A DNA stretch of 64,000 nucleotides from a virus, in IMG/VR virus record IMGVR_UViG_3300021440_000003, positions 8,402-72,401 of that record; one strand, 5' to 3'. Both the position numbers and the translations under genes were made by a program. The notes under the pieces were generated by a model. The model made no database searches. It was not told the DNA's origin and worked only from the letters and a program-made list of their open reading frames with translations. This document shows, piece after piece, positions 46,391-55,296 of the stretch. How positions within the stretch are numbered: the stretch's first letter is position 1; every line of letters starts with the position of its first letter.

Positions 46391-47779
46391 TTATTTCGAG
46401 GCGGGAACAGATCGAGCCAACACAGCAAAGAGAGGGTTGGAAGCAGTTTCACCTTTCGGCTTGCTACCTTCAACCGGGGCGGTTGCTGCGACCCCACCCA
46501 CCTTAAACTTCTCAGCGTACACGGCAGACAAGCGTTTGTGCTCGGAGGCCAGTGCTTCACCGGTGAATGCGGAACCGCTGGCGGTGCCACCCAGGGCGAC
46601 GGCCATGTGGTCCACGCTCACGCGGACAACCGATTCAAACTCGGCGTAGAGGGCAGCTTGGCCATCGGCTTTTTCCGTGGCGGCTTTGGATTCAGCACGA
46701 GCAGCAACTGCGTCGGCTTGGGCCAGCTTCAGCTCGTCGCGCAGGAAGGACACCAGAGCGCCTTCAGTCTGCACAGCAGCAACGGGGGCCGGAGTAGCTT
46801 CAGGAGCCACAGGCTCTGCGGGGGCCACAGCAGCTACTGCGCTGGTATCTTCCAGTGTAGCTTCGGGCAAAGTAGGTTTGGTCATATCATGTCCTTGACT
46901 CAGATGTGCGGAATTATCAATCACCGCCGAGGCCGAACCAACAGAAGCACGCTGTTTTGGCTTCATACTGGCAGCGACTGATGCTGCGTATTTTAGAGCA
47001 TCCTCGTACGTACCGATGGCGTCTACAAGGCCAACATCCAAATTTTGTGAGCCGATGAAGACACGTCCTTGGGCCATCTTGGCATCAGCTTCCATCGGGC
47101 TCACGCCGCGCTGGTCGGCCACATGGGCCAAGAACGGCTTGTAGAGGTGGTCAACCTGCGACTGCAAGGTGGCTTGGCCATCTGCCGACAAGGGTTCCAT
47201 CGAGTGCGTGTTGGCTTTGTACTTTCCAGCACGCACGACCGTCACGGTGATGCCATCCTGAGCAAGCTGCTTGCTGCGCTCGGCGTGCACTTGGAGCACA
47301 CCGATGGAACCGGCCACTGTGGTGTCACTCACGATCACGTGCGAGCCTGTGGACCCCAGCCAATACGCCGCAGAGACCATCGTGCCATCGCTGAAAGTGG
47401 TCACGGGCTTGATCTTACCGGCTTCAGCCAGGAACTTGGCCGTGTCAGACACGCCCGCAACCTGCCCGCCACCGGAATCCACGTTGAGCAAGATGGACTT
47501 GACGTCCGGGTGGACAAGGGCTTCCACCACAGCTTGGCGCACGTTGTCGTAGCCAGTCACGCCGAAGAAGCGCATCCAGCCAGCATCACCTTGCACCAGA
47601 GGGCCTTGGATGTCAACAACACCTACGTTGCCAACCCGGTGCCACATCGGGGGCATCTCCGGGGCTTTGTCGGACGCGGCGGCAGCCATGGCCACAGCCT
47701 TGTCCGAGCATGACAGCACGTATTCGTAGCTGTCTTGGGTACCGCACCAAAACGGTTGGGGTTCGATACTGGCTCTCAT
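46391..47779 (-). CDS. S49 (SppA-like) prohead protease with C-terminal scaffold
   Basis: DSGGG, SAAYWL, GSIGV, GKYK, GLVD; Ala/Pro-rich coiled-coil tail. Confidence 0.92.
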   Translation of the reverse strand: MRASIEPQPFWCGTQDSYEYVLSCSDKAVAMAAAASDKAPEMPPMWHRVGNVGVVDIQGPLVQGDAGWMRFFGVTGYDNVRQAVVEALVHPDVKSILLNVDSGGGQVAGVSDTAKFLAEAGKIKPVTTFSDGTMVSAAYWLGSTGSHVIVSDTTVAGSIGVLQVHAERSKQLAQDGITVTVVRAGKYKANTHSMEPLSADGQATLQSQVDHLYKPFLAHVADQRGVSPMEADAKMAQGRVFIGSQNLDVGLVDAIGTYEDALKYAASVAASMKPKQRASVGSASAVIDNSAHLSQGHDMTKPTLPEATLEDTSAVAAVAPAEPVAPEATPAPVAAVQTEGALVSFLRDELKLAQADAVAARAESKAATEKADGQAALYAEFESVVRVSVDHMAVALGGTASGSAFTGEALASEHKRLSAVYAEKFKVGGVAATAPVEGSKPKGETASNPLFAVLARSVPASK

Positions 47780-47790
47780 TTCAACTCCAA

Positions 47791-48291
47791 TTAGGCCAAG
47801 ATGTCTGTAAGCAATAGGGCGAGAATATCATCATCCGACAAGTCATGACGCCCTTCCGCGAGGATTTTACCCACTTGTGTCGCATGTTCCACGTACACCA
47901 CACGAGTTTGTGCTGCTCCACTGGCCAGCAAGTCTCCAGCTTCATACTCGTGCACCGCTGGAAGCAGGCGTACTTGGGCGCTGCCTGATGCCGTGATCTC
48001 ACCAATCAGGTGGTCGTATCGGACTGCCGGAATCTTGATCTCGGCAGACACAAACTTCATGGTCGCCGGGGCGTACTTGTGCAAGCCGCGCAACGGCCCG
48101 TCAAGTGTCTTCGGTACGGCGGTGGGCGCGAACCCTTGAACGGCCAGCAGCTGCGGGCTGTACCCAACACCTTGGACCGACACCGGGTTGTGATGCCCGG
48201 CAATAATCAAGCCGATCAGGCCAGCGGCCGCTACCTGAGCGACCCCGAAGCCAATACCTTGGGCCGCTGTGGCCCTTGGGTTGATTCTCAC
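47791..48291 (-). CDS. hypothetical protein of the accessory structural module
   Basis: Two NP....QG(I/V)G(F/Y) repeats; C-terminal DDDILALLL. Confidence 0.6.
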   Translation of the reverse strand: MRINPRATAAQGIGFGVAQVAAAGLIGLIIAGHHNPVSVQGVGYSPQLLAVQGFAPTAVPKTLDGPLRGLHKYAPATMKFVSAEIKIPAVRYDHLIGEITASGSAQVRLLPAVHEYEAGDLLASGAAQTRVVYVEHATQVGKILAEGRHDLSDDDILALLLTDILA

Positions 48292-49190
48292 GCCGTGCGC
48301 GTAACGGTCACGATGCCGTTCACGTCCGTGATGCTCTGCACCATATCACCCGCCAGTCGGGTATCCACCGAGACCACCAATGGAACAGCTGGGTCAAGGC
48401 CGTGGATTTCGTACATGCGGCGCAGGTAGTCGTGCTCCACCGGGGTGAGGCCAACACCATTGGCCAGCGTGGTGCCCACGCCCAGCATGGCATCCTTGGC
48501 CGTCGTCGTGCTGTTGAGCAGGTATTCCCACGTGGCTTGAGCAATCTGTTGCAGCGGGGGCGTGGACGAGTAGTCGCCAGAGGCAAGCCTGGTGGACACA
48601 GCCACATCAAGTTTGGCCAGCTCGACAGCCAGCTCGGTACGTACCGCAGCAGGCATGAGGTCGATGAGCGTGGATAGGTGGTCGAACTCGGCCATGTAGA
48701 TCCCCTGCCTTGTGTCAGCTTGTGCGGTGGTTTCCAGTGCAGCGAAATCTGTGGCAAGTGCCAGCTTGACGGCTGCCGCGATGTCAATGGCCGTCGGGCC
48801 TTGGTTAACGCCGCCAGCCGTAGCGATGGTGATGGCCTGCACCGGCTGCTGGCGATTGATCTGAACGGTGAAATTGCCCAGCGTGGGCACGAAGGCATCA
48901 GCCGCGCCACCATCGACGAGCAGCACACCACCCGTCACGTTGAGGGTGTGGTCAGCTTCTTGAGGACGGATGCGCCATCCGTTCATCAAGTAGCAGTAAT
49001 ACGGGATGTACGTCCCAGCCGTAGCGTCGATGGGGTCACCACCGATGATGCTGAAGGCTGGGAGGTACTTGCTGTTGTCAGCAGTGGAATGCCAGCGAAC
49101 CCAATCGCTCCACAGGTCTTGAACCGAGAGGCTCGTCGTCCCTGTGGTGAGCGTAATCAGCCGGGTTTGGCCGTCGAATTGGGTTGCCAT
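48288..49190 (-). CDS. putative virion structural protein
   Basis: Thr/Ala-rich; N-terminal domain resembles that of 49203-50588. Confidence 0.6.
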   Translation of the reverse strand: MATQFDGQTRLITLTTGTTSLSVQDLWSDWVRWHSTADNSKYLPAFSIIGGDPIDATAGTYIPYYCYLMNGWRIRPQEADHTLNVTGGVLLVDGGAADAFVPTLGNFTVQINRQQPVQAITIATAGGVNQGPTAIDIAAAVKLALATDFAALETTAQADTRQGIYMAEFDHLSTLIDLMPAAVRTELAVELAKLDVAVSTRLASGDYSSTPPLQQIAQATWEYLLNSTTTAKDAMLGVGTTLANGVGLTPVEHDYLRRMYEIHGLDPAVPLVVSVDTRLAGDMVQSITDVNGIVTVTRTA

Positions 49191-49202
49191 GCAAAAAGCC
49201 TT

Positions 49203-50588
49203 TTACAAGTAGGCGCGGTCTTGTTCCGCGACCAGAGCAATTGTAATGCCCTTGGCTCGCGTAATGGTTGCACCGAATTGTACAGGTTTGGCACTGCCGG
49301 GGCGACCAGCGATCACGGTCACATTCGCGTCAGTACCTGCTGTACGGCCACCCTGCGAGTTGCCGTCGTAGTCGTACGTGAAGGTGATAGCGCCCGTGAA
49401 CGAGCCTGCGATGTCCACACCAGCTGCGTCCTTGACGGTGACTGCACCAGACTCGCCGAAGTCGTCCAGCACGCCTGGCAGCGTGGTGAAGAACATGCGG
49501 TAGTAGCTGCCAGCACCGATGAGGGGGCTGTTGGGCACAATGCTACCAGCCGACAGGTAGGAGTAGTAGCGGTCAACGCTGTTCTGATCCTTGAACACGA
49601 CACGGTTGATGTCGTTGGCGTTGATGTTGTTGATGAACACGCCCTGCGTGGTCTTGAGCGTGTCACCCTCGAAGGACAGCAGCGCGTCGGCGGTCTTGCC
49701 GATCACAGTGCCCGAGCCTTGGTCGATGTCGCTGTTCTGGCGAAGCAGGTACTGCACCTTGGTGTAAATCTGCTCCAGAGTAGCGCCGTTGCCCTCGACA
49801 ACAACGCGGAACGGGTAGTTCGTGCCGTTGATCGACTTGTTCTGGTTGGACGCGTAGTAGGTGACGTTGATTCCGCTGTAGGGTGCGCTGCTCATGGCGG
49901 CGTCAGCAGCGGAGATCTTCGTGTCAACCTCGTTGGACAAGAGCAAGTTGACGATGTACGCACCTGTACCAGTCTTGCCGGTGTCGGAGAGCACGCTGTC
50001 CTTGTACTTGTAGCCCTGCTCGCGCACGAAGCCACGGAAGTACGCACGGTTGTCAAAAGCGCCGTTGGTGGAGTCACCGTACACCTGCACGCCAATGTTG
50101 GCCGCGTCGGTGAAAGTGAAGTCGGTGGCCGCGCCGCCGCTGGTTTTTTGGTAGTACAACTGTGAGCCGGTGTTGACCGTGCCCAGAGACACGATGCCCA
50201 CGTACACGCGGTTGAGCGTGCCGGTGCTGGTGATCGCGCCGGGGGTGGTGGGACTCCACTCCTCCCAGCCACCATCGCGCATCATGTTGCGCGTGGCATC
50301 ATCTGCGGGCTTCCAGCCGGTGTAGAACTGACCATCGAAACCGAAACGATACTGACCTGAGAGTGCGTCAATAGCGTACATAACAAAAGGTGAGTCTTGA
50401 TATGACGCGGTTTGCCAGAGTTCGATGAACTTTGAGTAAACAGCTTGTAAACTGACACCATCCTTGGCGATAAGGCCGTTGGTTGTCGCACCAGTCGCAC
50501 TAGCTACCAATGTGAACGTACGATTCGTCTCGTCAATCGTCAGGTTTGTCCCGACGATCAGTTGAGAGCGGTTGGTTAACTTCGCCAT
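49203..50588 (-). CDS. putative virion structural protein
   Basis: Thr/Gly-rich beta protein; strong codon bias. Confidence 0.65.
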   Translation of the reverse strand: MAKLTNRSQLIVGTNLTIDETNRTFTLVASATGATTNGLIAKDGVSLQAVYSKFIELWQTASYQDSPFVMYAIDALSGQYRFGFDGQFYTGWKPADDATRNMMRDGGWEEWSPTTPGAITSTGTLNRVYVGIVSLGTVNTGSQLYYQKTSGGAATDFTFTDAANIGVQVYGDSTNGAFDNRAYFRGFVREQGYKYKDSVLSDTGKTGTGAYIVNLLLSNEVDTKISAADAAMSSAPYSGINVTYYASNQNKSINGTNYPFRVVVEGNGATLEQIYTKVQYLLRQNSDIDQGSGTVIGKTADALLSFEGDTLKTTQGVFINNINANDINRVVFKDQNSVDRYYSYLSAGSIVPNSPLIGAGSYYRMFFTTLPGVLDDFGESGAVTVKDAAGVDIAGSFTGAITFTYDYDGNSQGGRTAGTDANVTVIAGRPGSAKPVQFGATITRAKGITIALVAEQDRAYL

Positions 50589-50609
50589 GACATGAGCCTT
50601 TCAAGTTGG

Positions 50610-53240
50610 TTAAGCGAATACGCGGTCTACAGTTTGTGCCACAGGGATTGTGGCGGCGGTTGTCGTGAGTTGGTAGTTCCTTATGTAATAAGGTACGTAT
50701 CCGCTCAAGAAAATTCCAATGTCAATCGGTTGGGTCGTCGTGTAGCCGTAGGTGTAGCTCGACGACGGCACGCTGTCCCCGGTGTCAAGCACCGTGGTCG
50801 TGCCCGCTTGGTACACCACCACGTCTGACCCCGGCTGCACACCAGTAACCGTCAAGCCCACCGTGTCAAGCGGGTACAGCGCGGCATTTTGCAGGGCAAG
50901 TGTCGTGGTGCCGTTTACCACCATTGTGGTAATGACGTTGCTGGTGCTGGCAATGGTGCAAGTGATGCGGAACCGGAACTTCAAGCCTGTGGTCGGGCTG
51001 ATGCCAGTCTCGGCAGCCAGGTTGGCGTTGCTCAGGGTCTTGAACGTGCCCGAGAAGCCAGCACCCTTGTCCATGTCGTACTGGATGGTGTGGTTGTTGG
51101 GCACGTTCGTGCCCGTGGTAGCGAACGACGTTGCACCGTTCCAGCCCAGCATGAAGTACGGCATCGTCCAGGTGATCTGGTCGCCCACGGACTGCATCAC
51201 GATGGAGCCGGTGCTCGTGAACTTCGGCGTGCCGCTGTCCACGGTGTACGTGCCCGACGTGGATGTGGACTTCTCGGTGAAGACAAGGGCTACCCGCGTC
51301 GTGGTGTCGCTGGTAAAGCTGTCCCAGAAGTGCATACCGTCAACGTGCGTGTAGGACGTAGGTACAGAACCGCTGTTCTGCCGGTTGCCGCGCACAGTGC
51401 TGTTGTACCAGTTCGGGCCTTGCGTCAAGGTGGCGTCGGTGTTGTAGCAGTTCTGGAACCTGATGCTCTGCGTGGTATTCGTGCTCGACGCCAAGCCGAT
51501 GCGCAGGTTGGTTAGCCAGTTGCGCTGGAACCGGATGTTCTTGTTCAGGCCGCCATCCGCGAACAGGTAGCCGGAACGGGCGTTCGCCACGCTGCCCCCA
51601 TCCAGAGGAGATGCAGATGAGCCAAGCCCCGTCACCAGCAGATCGGAGCAGGTGTTCATATACACCCAACCGCCCAACGGATGCACGTTGGCCACCCCCG
51701 GCCAAGTTGCCACATTGGTCAGGATGCCAGCTCGGCAGTTAGCCATCAGCTCGACCGCCTGCGTAGAAACGGTCGTGTTGGTGGTCGTCGCCTTCGGGTT
51801 GTCGGCGTAGTACACATTCGTCACAGACCAGTTCGAACAAGCCGACATGATGAGGCGCTTGCCCACCAGGTACAGGTTGGTCACGGTGATGGAGTCGCAG
51901 GTGTTGATGAACACCGGCCCGGCCAGCGCGGTAGCGTCTTGCGCGAACATGCCCTTCACGTTGTCCAGAGTCCACCCACCGTACAAGTTCACGAAGTAGA
52001 TCGCATAGCCTGCGGTGCTGATCTGCTGGGCGCGAACGCCAGTCAAGCGCTTGGCGGTGCCACCAGTCAGGCACTGCTGGAACACAATGGCGTTGGAGGC
52101 ATACGAGGTGGCTTGGTTGGACAAGCCGACCATCACCCCGTCGATGTCTGGAGGTGTCGAGGGCTCACCAAGCACGAACTGCTCGCAGGTGTGCATGTCC
52201 CGGATATACACCGAGTACGCCTGCTGGATGTTCATGTACCAGCAACCGGACACGCGCCGAATGTCCACAGCGCCGGACGAGTTCGTGGCAAGCTCATAGC
52301 GGGTGCCCATCGTCAAGCTGGGGGTGGTGTTGACTGCGTACCCGACTACGCCATTGGTGCTCGACGTGACGATGTTGGGCAAGCGGATTTTGCACCCTGC
52401 GGCGGGCAGGTCCCCGGCGTTCGCGCTGTTCGTGTCGAGGCCGAACGTCAGCAGGCCAGTCGAGTTCACCCAGCAAAAGCGGGAGCGGGAGTCCGTGCCG
52501 AGGTTCGCTGCGAGAAACATCTGACCGGCATTCGGCCAGTGATCGTACACACCAGAGCCGGGGGCCGTCTCCACTTCGACGCCAGGGTAACCCATCGTCT
52601 GCAAGGACGCGCCCTGCACGAAGGCCGGAAGCTGGACGGTCTGCCCACGCACACCACTAGTGGTAGCCAAGGTGCCCGCGTCGTCGATGATCGGGTAGAA
52701 CCAGTCACCGTTGATGGTCAGCTTGTTGAGCCGGTTGACCGTCAAGGTCATGGACTCCACGCCCACCACCTCGATGAAACTGCGAATGGGCGCGACGGCA
52801 ATCGTCACGACCTGGCCAGAAGACAAGGTGGCCGGGCCAGTCGTGAACGTTCCGCCCGTCATGCCGCGCAACTTGATCCAAGCACCCGTCGTCCAGACGC
52901 CGCCGGAAGCGGTAACCGCACCCCCATGGCGCTGCATGGCGATCAGGAACTCCGCCGTCACACCACCCTGCGTGATCGTCACGCCGGATGCAGGCACAGT
53001 ACCAGTGGCAGCAGACACGTACATCTGCCAGACGTTGTTGCCGTCAATGGTCATCGTCCCGCCAAGGGTCGATGACAGTGAGATGTTGGCGAAGGGGCCG
53101 GTCGTAACTGTGCAGTTCGGCCCGTACCTGGTATCACTATCAACAGTCAGTGAACCACCGTTAACATTGTACGTGTCAGAACCTGTCTTTCCAGACAAGG
53201 CGGTGAAGTTCTGCGCTGTAGTGATCGTGAATGTTGCCAT
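50610..53240 (-). CDS. large beta-rich virion appendage/adhesin (876 aa; beta-helix-like middle, Ig-like end)
   Basis: Very Thr/Gly/Asn-rich with short beta-repeat spacing; fold is inference. Confidence 0.6.
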   Translation of the reverse strand: MATFTITTAQNFTALSGKTGSDTYNVNGGSLTVDSDTRYGPNCTVTTGPFANISLSSTLGGTMTIDGNNVWQMYVSAATGTVPASGVTITQGGVTAEFLIAMQRHGGAVTASGGVWTTGAWIKLRGMTGGTFTTGPATLSSGQVVTIAVAPIRSFIEVVGVESMTLTVNRLNKLTINGDWFYPIIDDAGTLATTSGVRGQTVQLPAFVQGASLQTMGYPGVEVETAPGSGVYDHWPNAGQMFLAANLGTDSRSRFCWVNSTGLLTFGLDTNSANAGDLPAAGCKIRLPNIVTSSTNGVVGYAVNTTPSLTMGTRYELATNSSGAVDIRRVSGCWYMNIQQAYSVYIRDMHTCEQFVLGEPSTPPDIDGVMVGLSNQATSYASNAIVFQQCLTGGTAKRLTGVRAQQISTAGYAIYFVNLYGGWTLDNVKGMFAQDATALAGPVFINTCDSITVTNLYLVGKRLIMSACSNWSVTNVYYADNPKATTTNTTVSTQAVELMANCRAGILTNVATWPGVANVHPLGGWVYMNTCSDLLVTGLGSSASPLDGGSVANARSGYLFADGGLNKNIRFQRNWLTNLRIGLASSTNTTQSIRFQNCYNTDATLTQGPNWYNSTVRGNRQNSGSVPTSYTHVDGMHFWDSFTSDTTTRVALVFTEKSTSTSGTYTVDSGTPKFTSTGSIVMQSVGDQITWTMPYFMLGWNGATSFATTGTNVPNNHTIQYDMDKGAGFSGTFKTLSNANLAAETGISPTTGLKFRFRITCTIASTSNVITTMVVNGTTTLALQNAALYPLDTVGLTVTGVQPGSDVVVYQAGTTTVLDTGDSVPSSSYTYGYTTTQPIDIGIFLSGYVPYYIRNYQLTTTAATIPVAQTVDRVFA

Positions 53241-53243
53241 CGC

Positions 53244-53423
53244 TTACCCCAAAATAGGCCATTTGTTGAGCGGGCACTTGGAGTTCGTCAGCAACATCTT
53301 GCCTGACAAGGGACACTTGCACTTGCCGCACACCGGGCGACCAAACAGCATGACGCGTTCTGCACACCCGGTGCAGATGGATTCTCGACGTTCGCGCTGC
53401 TCTTTGGTCGTGATAATGCTCAT
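53244..53423 (-). CDS. small Cys-rich zinc-binding protein (59 aa; below ORF-track cutoff)
   Basis: R..IC..C...C..C.C....K......CP..KW; ATGA overlap with the HNH stop. Confidence 0.7.
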   Translation of the reverse strand: MSIITTKEQRERRESICTGCAERVMLFGRPVCGKCKCPLSGKMLLTNSKCPLNKWPILG

Positions 53424-53761
53424 TCCGTGGCCCTGCCAGCGATTAACTGTCGCATGCGCTCCGCATCCGACTCAACACTGGGATTGTATGCGCGAAAGTT
53501 GCCGCCGTGCCCGATGGCCAAGTGGCAGTTGATGAACTTCGTGCCTTCGCACAAAGTGATAAGATTTGTCAGTTCCAACTCCAGCTCAGGCTGCAAGTGA
53601 AACGGTTTCTTGTGATGCACTTCCACTTTGTCAGTACCACCGCACACGGCACACGCCGGGTACATGGCCAAGTGGCGCTTACGGGTGGTGGGCCATTTAG
53701 ACGATCGCTTGTTACCCAAGTCGGTCTTGCCCTGTGCTACGTCAATCAAGTGGGTCAGCAT
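53420..53761 (-). CDS. HNH endonuclease
   Basis: RS.KW...RK.HL, CAVCG, EVHH, NLITLC, CHL..GH. Confidence 0.88.
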   Translation of the reverse strand: MLTHLIDVAQGKTDLGNKRSSKWPTTRKRHLAMYPACAVCGGTDKVEVHHKKPFHLQPELELELTNLITLCEGTKFINCHLAIGHGGNFRAYNPSVESDAERMRQLIAGRATE

Positions 53762-53786
53762 CTTAGCCTCCGATGCAAGTCGTCCA

Positions 53787-53817
53787 GAAAAGGGGTCAGC
53801 CTTGTGAGCCGACCCCC
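53787..53817 (-). terminator. intrinsic terminator
   Basis: GGGGGTCGGC-loop-GCTGACCCCT then TTTC on the - strand. Confidence 0.65.
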
Positions 53818-53827
53818 TTTCTCAGGC

Positions 53828-54682
53828 TCAGTCAGCCAAGCCCATGCGACCACGCATTGCAGCGCGGAAGCTGTGACCAATCACGGCGCAGTTGATGTTC
53901 TGGACTTCAACTTTGGTGAGGTAGGTGTTGCCAGCAGCGGCGACATCCGAAGCCAGAGCGGCGACGGCGGCGTTGGCAGTGGCAGCAGAGGTTCCAGCGG
54001 TGGTTGCAGCGGCCTGAGCAGCAGCAGCGTTAGCCAGAGCGGTCTGAGCCGTAGCAGCAGCGGCTTCGGCAGTAGCTTGGGCAGCGGCAATGCCAGCGGC
54101 TTGGGTTTGCAGGGCCTCTACGGCAGCTTGCAGGCTGGAGATCTGGCTGGATTGGTTCGCGTCGTTGCCGGTCAGGTTGGCGACGGCGGTGTTCAGCGTG
54201 GCGATGCTGGCAGCGATGGCAGCGCAGTCACACGCACCGGCTTGACCAGCGTCAATAGCAGCTTGAATCGTCACCAGAGACTGGGCCATGTTGTCCACTT
54301 GGGACTGCACTTGGGCGATCTGGGCAGCGTTGGCGGAGTCGCCGTCGATGCGGTTCTGGGTCTCGGCAGCGAGAGCAGCCTGCACACCAGCAACGGTAGC
54401 AGCCAGGTCAGCAACAGCGGTCGAACCTTCGAGGCTCGTCACGCGGCCAGCCAGAGCGGTCAGCTGGGCCACGATGGCCTGGGCAGAAGCAGCGTCACCG
54501 GCAGTGTTGGCGGACAGCAAGCTGTTCAGGGTGTTGATCTGGGCTTGAACAGCGGCGATGTCAACGCCTTCAAGGGCCAGAACGGCGTTGATTTTTTCAT
54601 TGACCGCGAGACCAACTTCGTCACCGAAGGTGGTAGCGATACACTGAATCAAGACGGTCAAGTCGTCGTTATAGGCAGCCAT
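53828..54682 (-). CDS. Ala-rich long coiled-coil protein, putative fibre shaft
   Basis: Heptad repeats (L..L..RV..LE); AAGGA RBS; highly-expressed codon bias. Confidence 0.7.
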   Translation of the reverse strand: MAAYNDDLTVLIQCIATTFGDEVGLAVNEKINAVLALEGVDIAAVQAQINTLNSLLSANTAGDAASAQAIVAQLTALAGRVTSLEGSTAVADLAATVAGVQAALAAETQNRIDGDSANAAQIAQVQSQVDNMAQSLVTIQAAIDAGQAGACDCAAIAASIATLNTAVANLTGNDANQSSQISSLQAAVEALQTQAAGIAAAQATAEAAAATAQTALANAAAAQAAATTAGTSAATANAAVAALASDVAAAGNTYLTKVEVQNINCAVIGHSFRAAMRGRMGLAD

Positions 54683-54714
54683 GGAAATTTCCTTTGCAAA
54701 AGATTTTCCACCAC

Positions 54715-54891
54715 TTACGCGGGTGGGTTAGCGTCACCAGTGCAAGCCGTACCGTCGAGCACGGCTTGCAGTTGTTGAATCCGTGCCACCTGCGCCGCCA
54801 CCTCAGCTTCAATCATGCAGCGCAGGATGTCGCCTATCTGAGCACCCACATCCGCAAACGCACAGTTGAGCTTTTCCTCAAGTTCGTTCAT
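54715..54891 (-). CDS. small helical protein (MNELEEKLNCAFADVG..., 58 aa)
   Basis: ATG at 54891 after GGA; fills the gap between flanking genes. Confidence 0.55.
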   Translation of the reverse strand: MNELEEKLNCAFADVGAQIGDILRCMIEAEVAAQVARIQQLQAVLDGTACTGDANPPA

Positions 54892-54906
54892 TTAAAGTCC
54901 AGTGCT

Positions 54907-55296
54907 TCAGAGGTAGATGGCGAAGTCGCTCAAGTGTACCTTGAAAGTATCGTTGGTCGAACTGACATCTTCACCAAGATCAAAGACAAGCAGGGTCTTG
55001 TAGTCCGAGTAAATCTGGCCGTATCGGGCACGGATGGTCGCCCCTTTCCAAGCCGCCATACCGGAAAACTGAAGGACTGCGAACTCCCCGTCCGTTCCGA
55101 CCACTGGGCCGGCGATCTGCACACCCCCGGCCCGGTACCCCTGGGCCTTGATCTCGTTGACGGTGCTGTACTTGGCCGTCGTGATAGGCAAGGGCTCGCG
55201 GAACAAGGCCAGGTAGTACGTACCGTGCTTCCAGTCCCCGGCCAGCATCGCCTTGCGGGCTGGCGTGACCCACTTAGCGCTGCTCGTCATCGTCAT
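54907..55296 (-). CDS. putative virion structural protein following the portal
   Basis: YLALF, NE....GY.AGG, F....W...TI.AR...IY, FD.G motifs. Confidence 0.6.
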   Translation of the reverse strand: MTMTSSAKWVTPARKAMLAGDWKHGTYYLALFREPLPITTAKYSTVNEIKAQGYRAGGVQIAGPVVGTDGEFAVLQFSGMAAWKGATIRARYGQIYSDYKTLLVFDLGEDVSSTNDTFKVHLSDFAIYL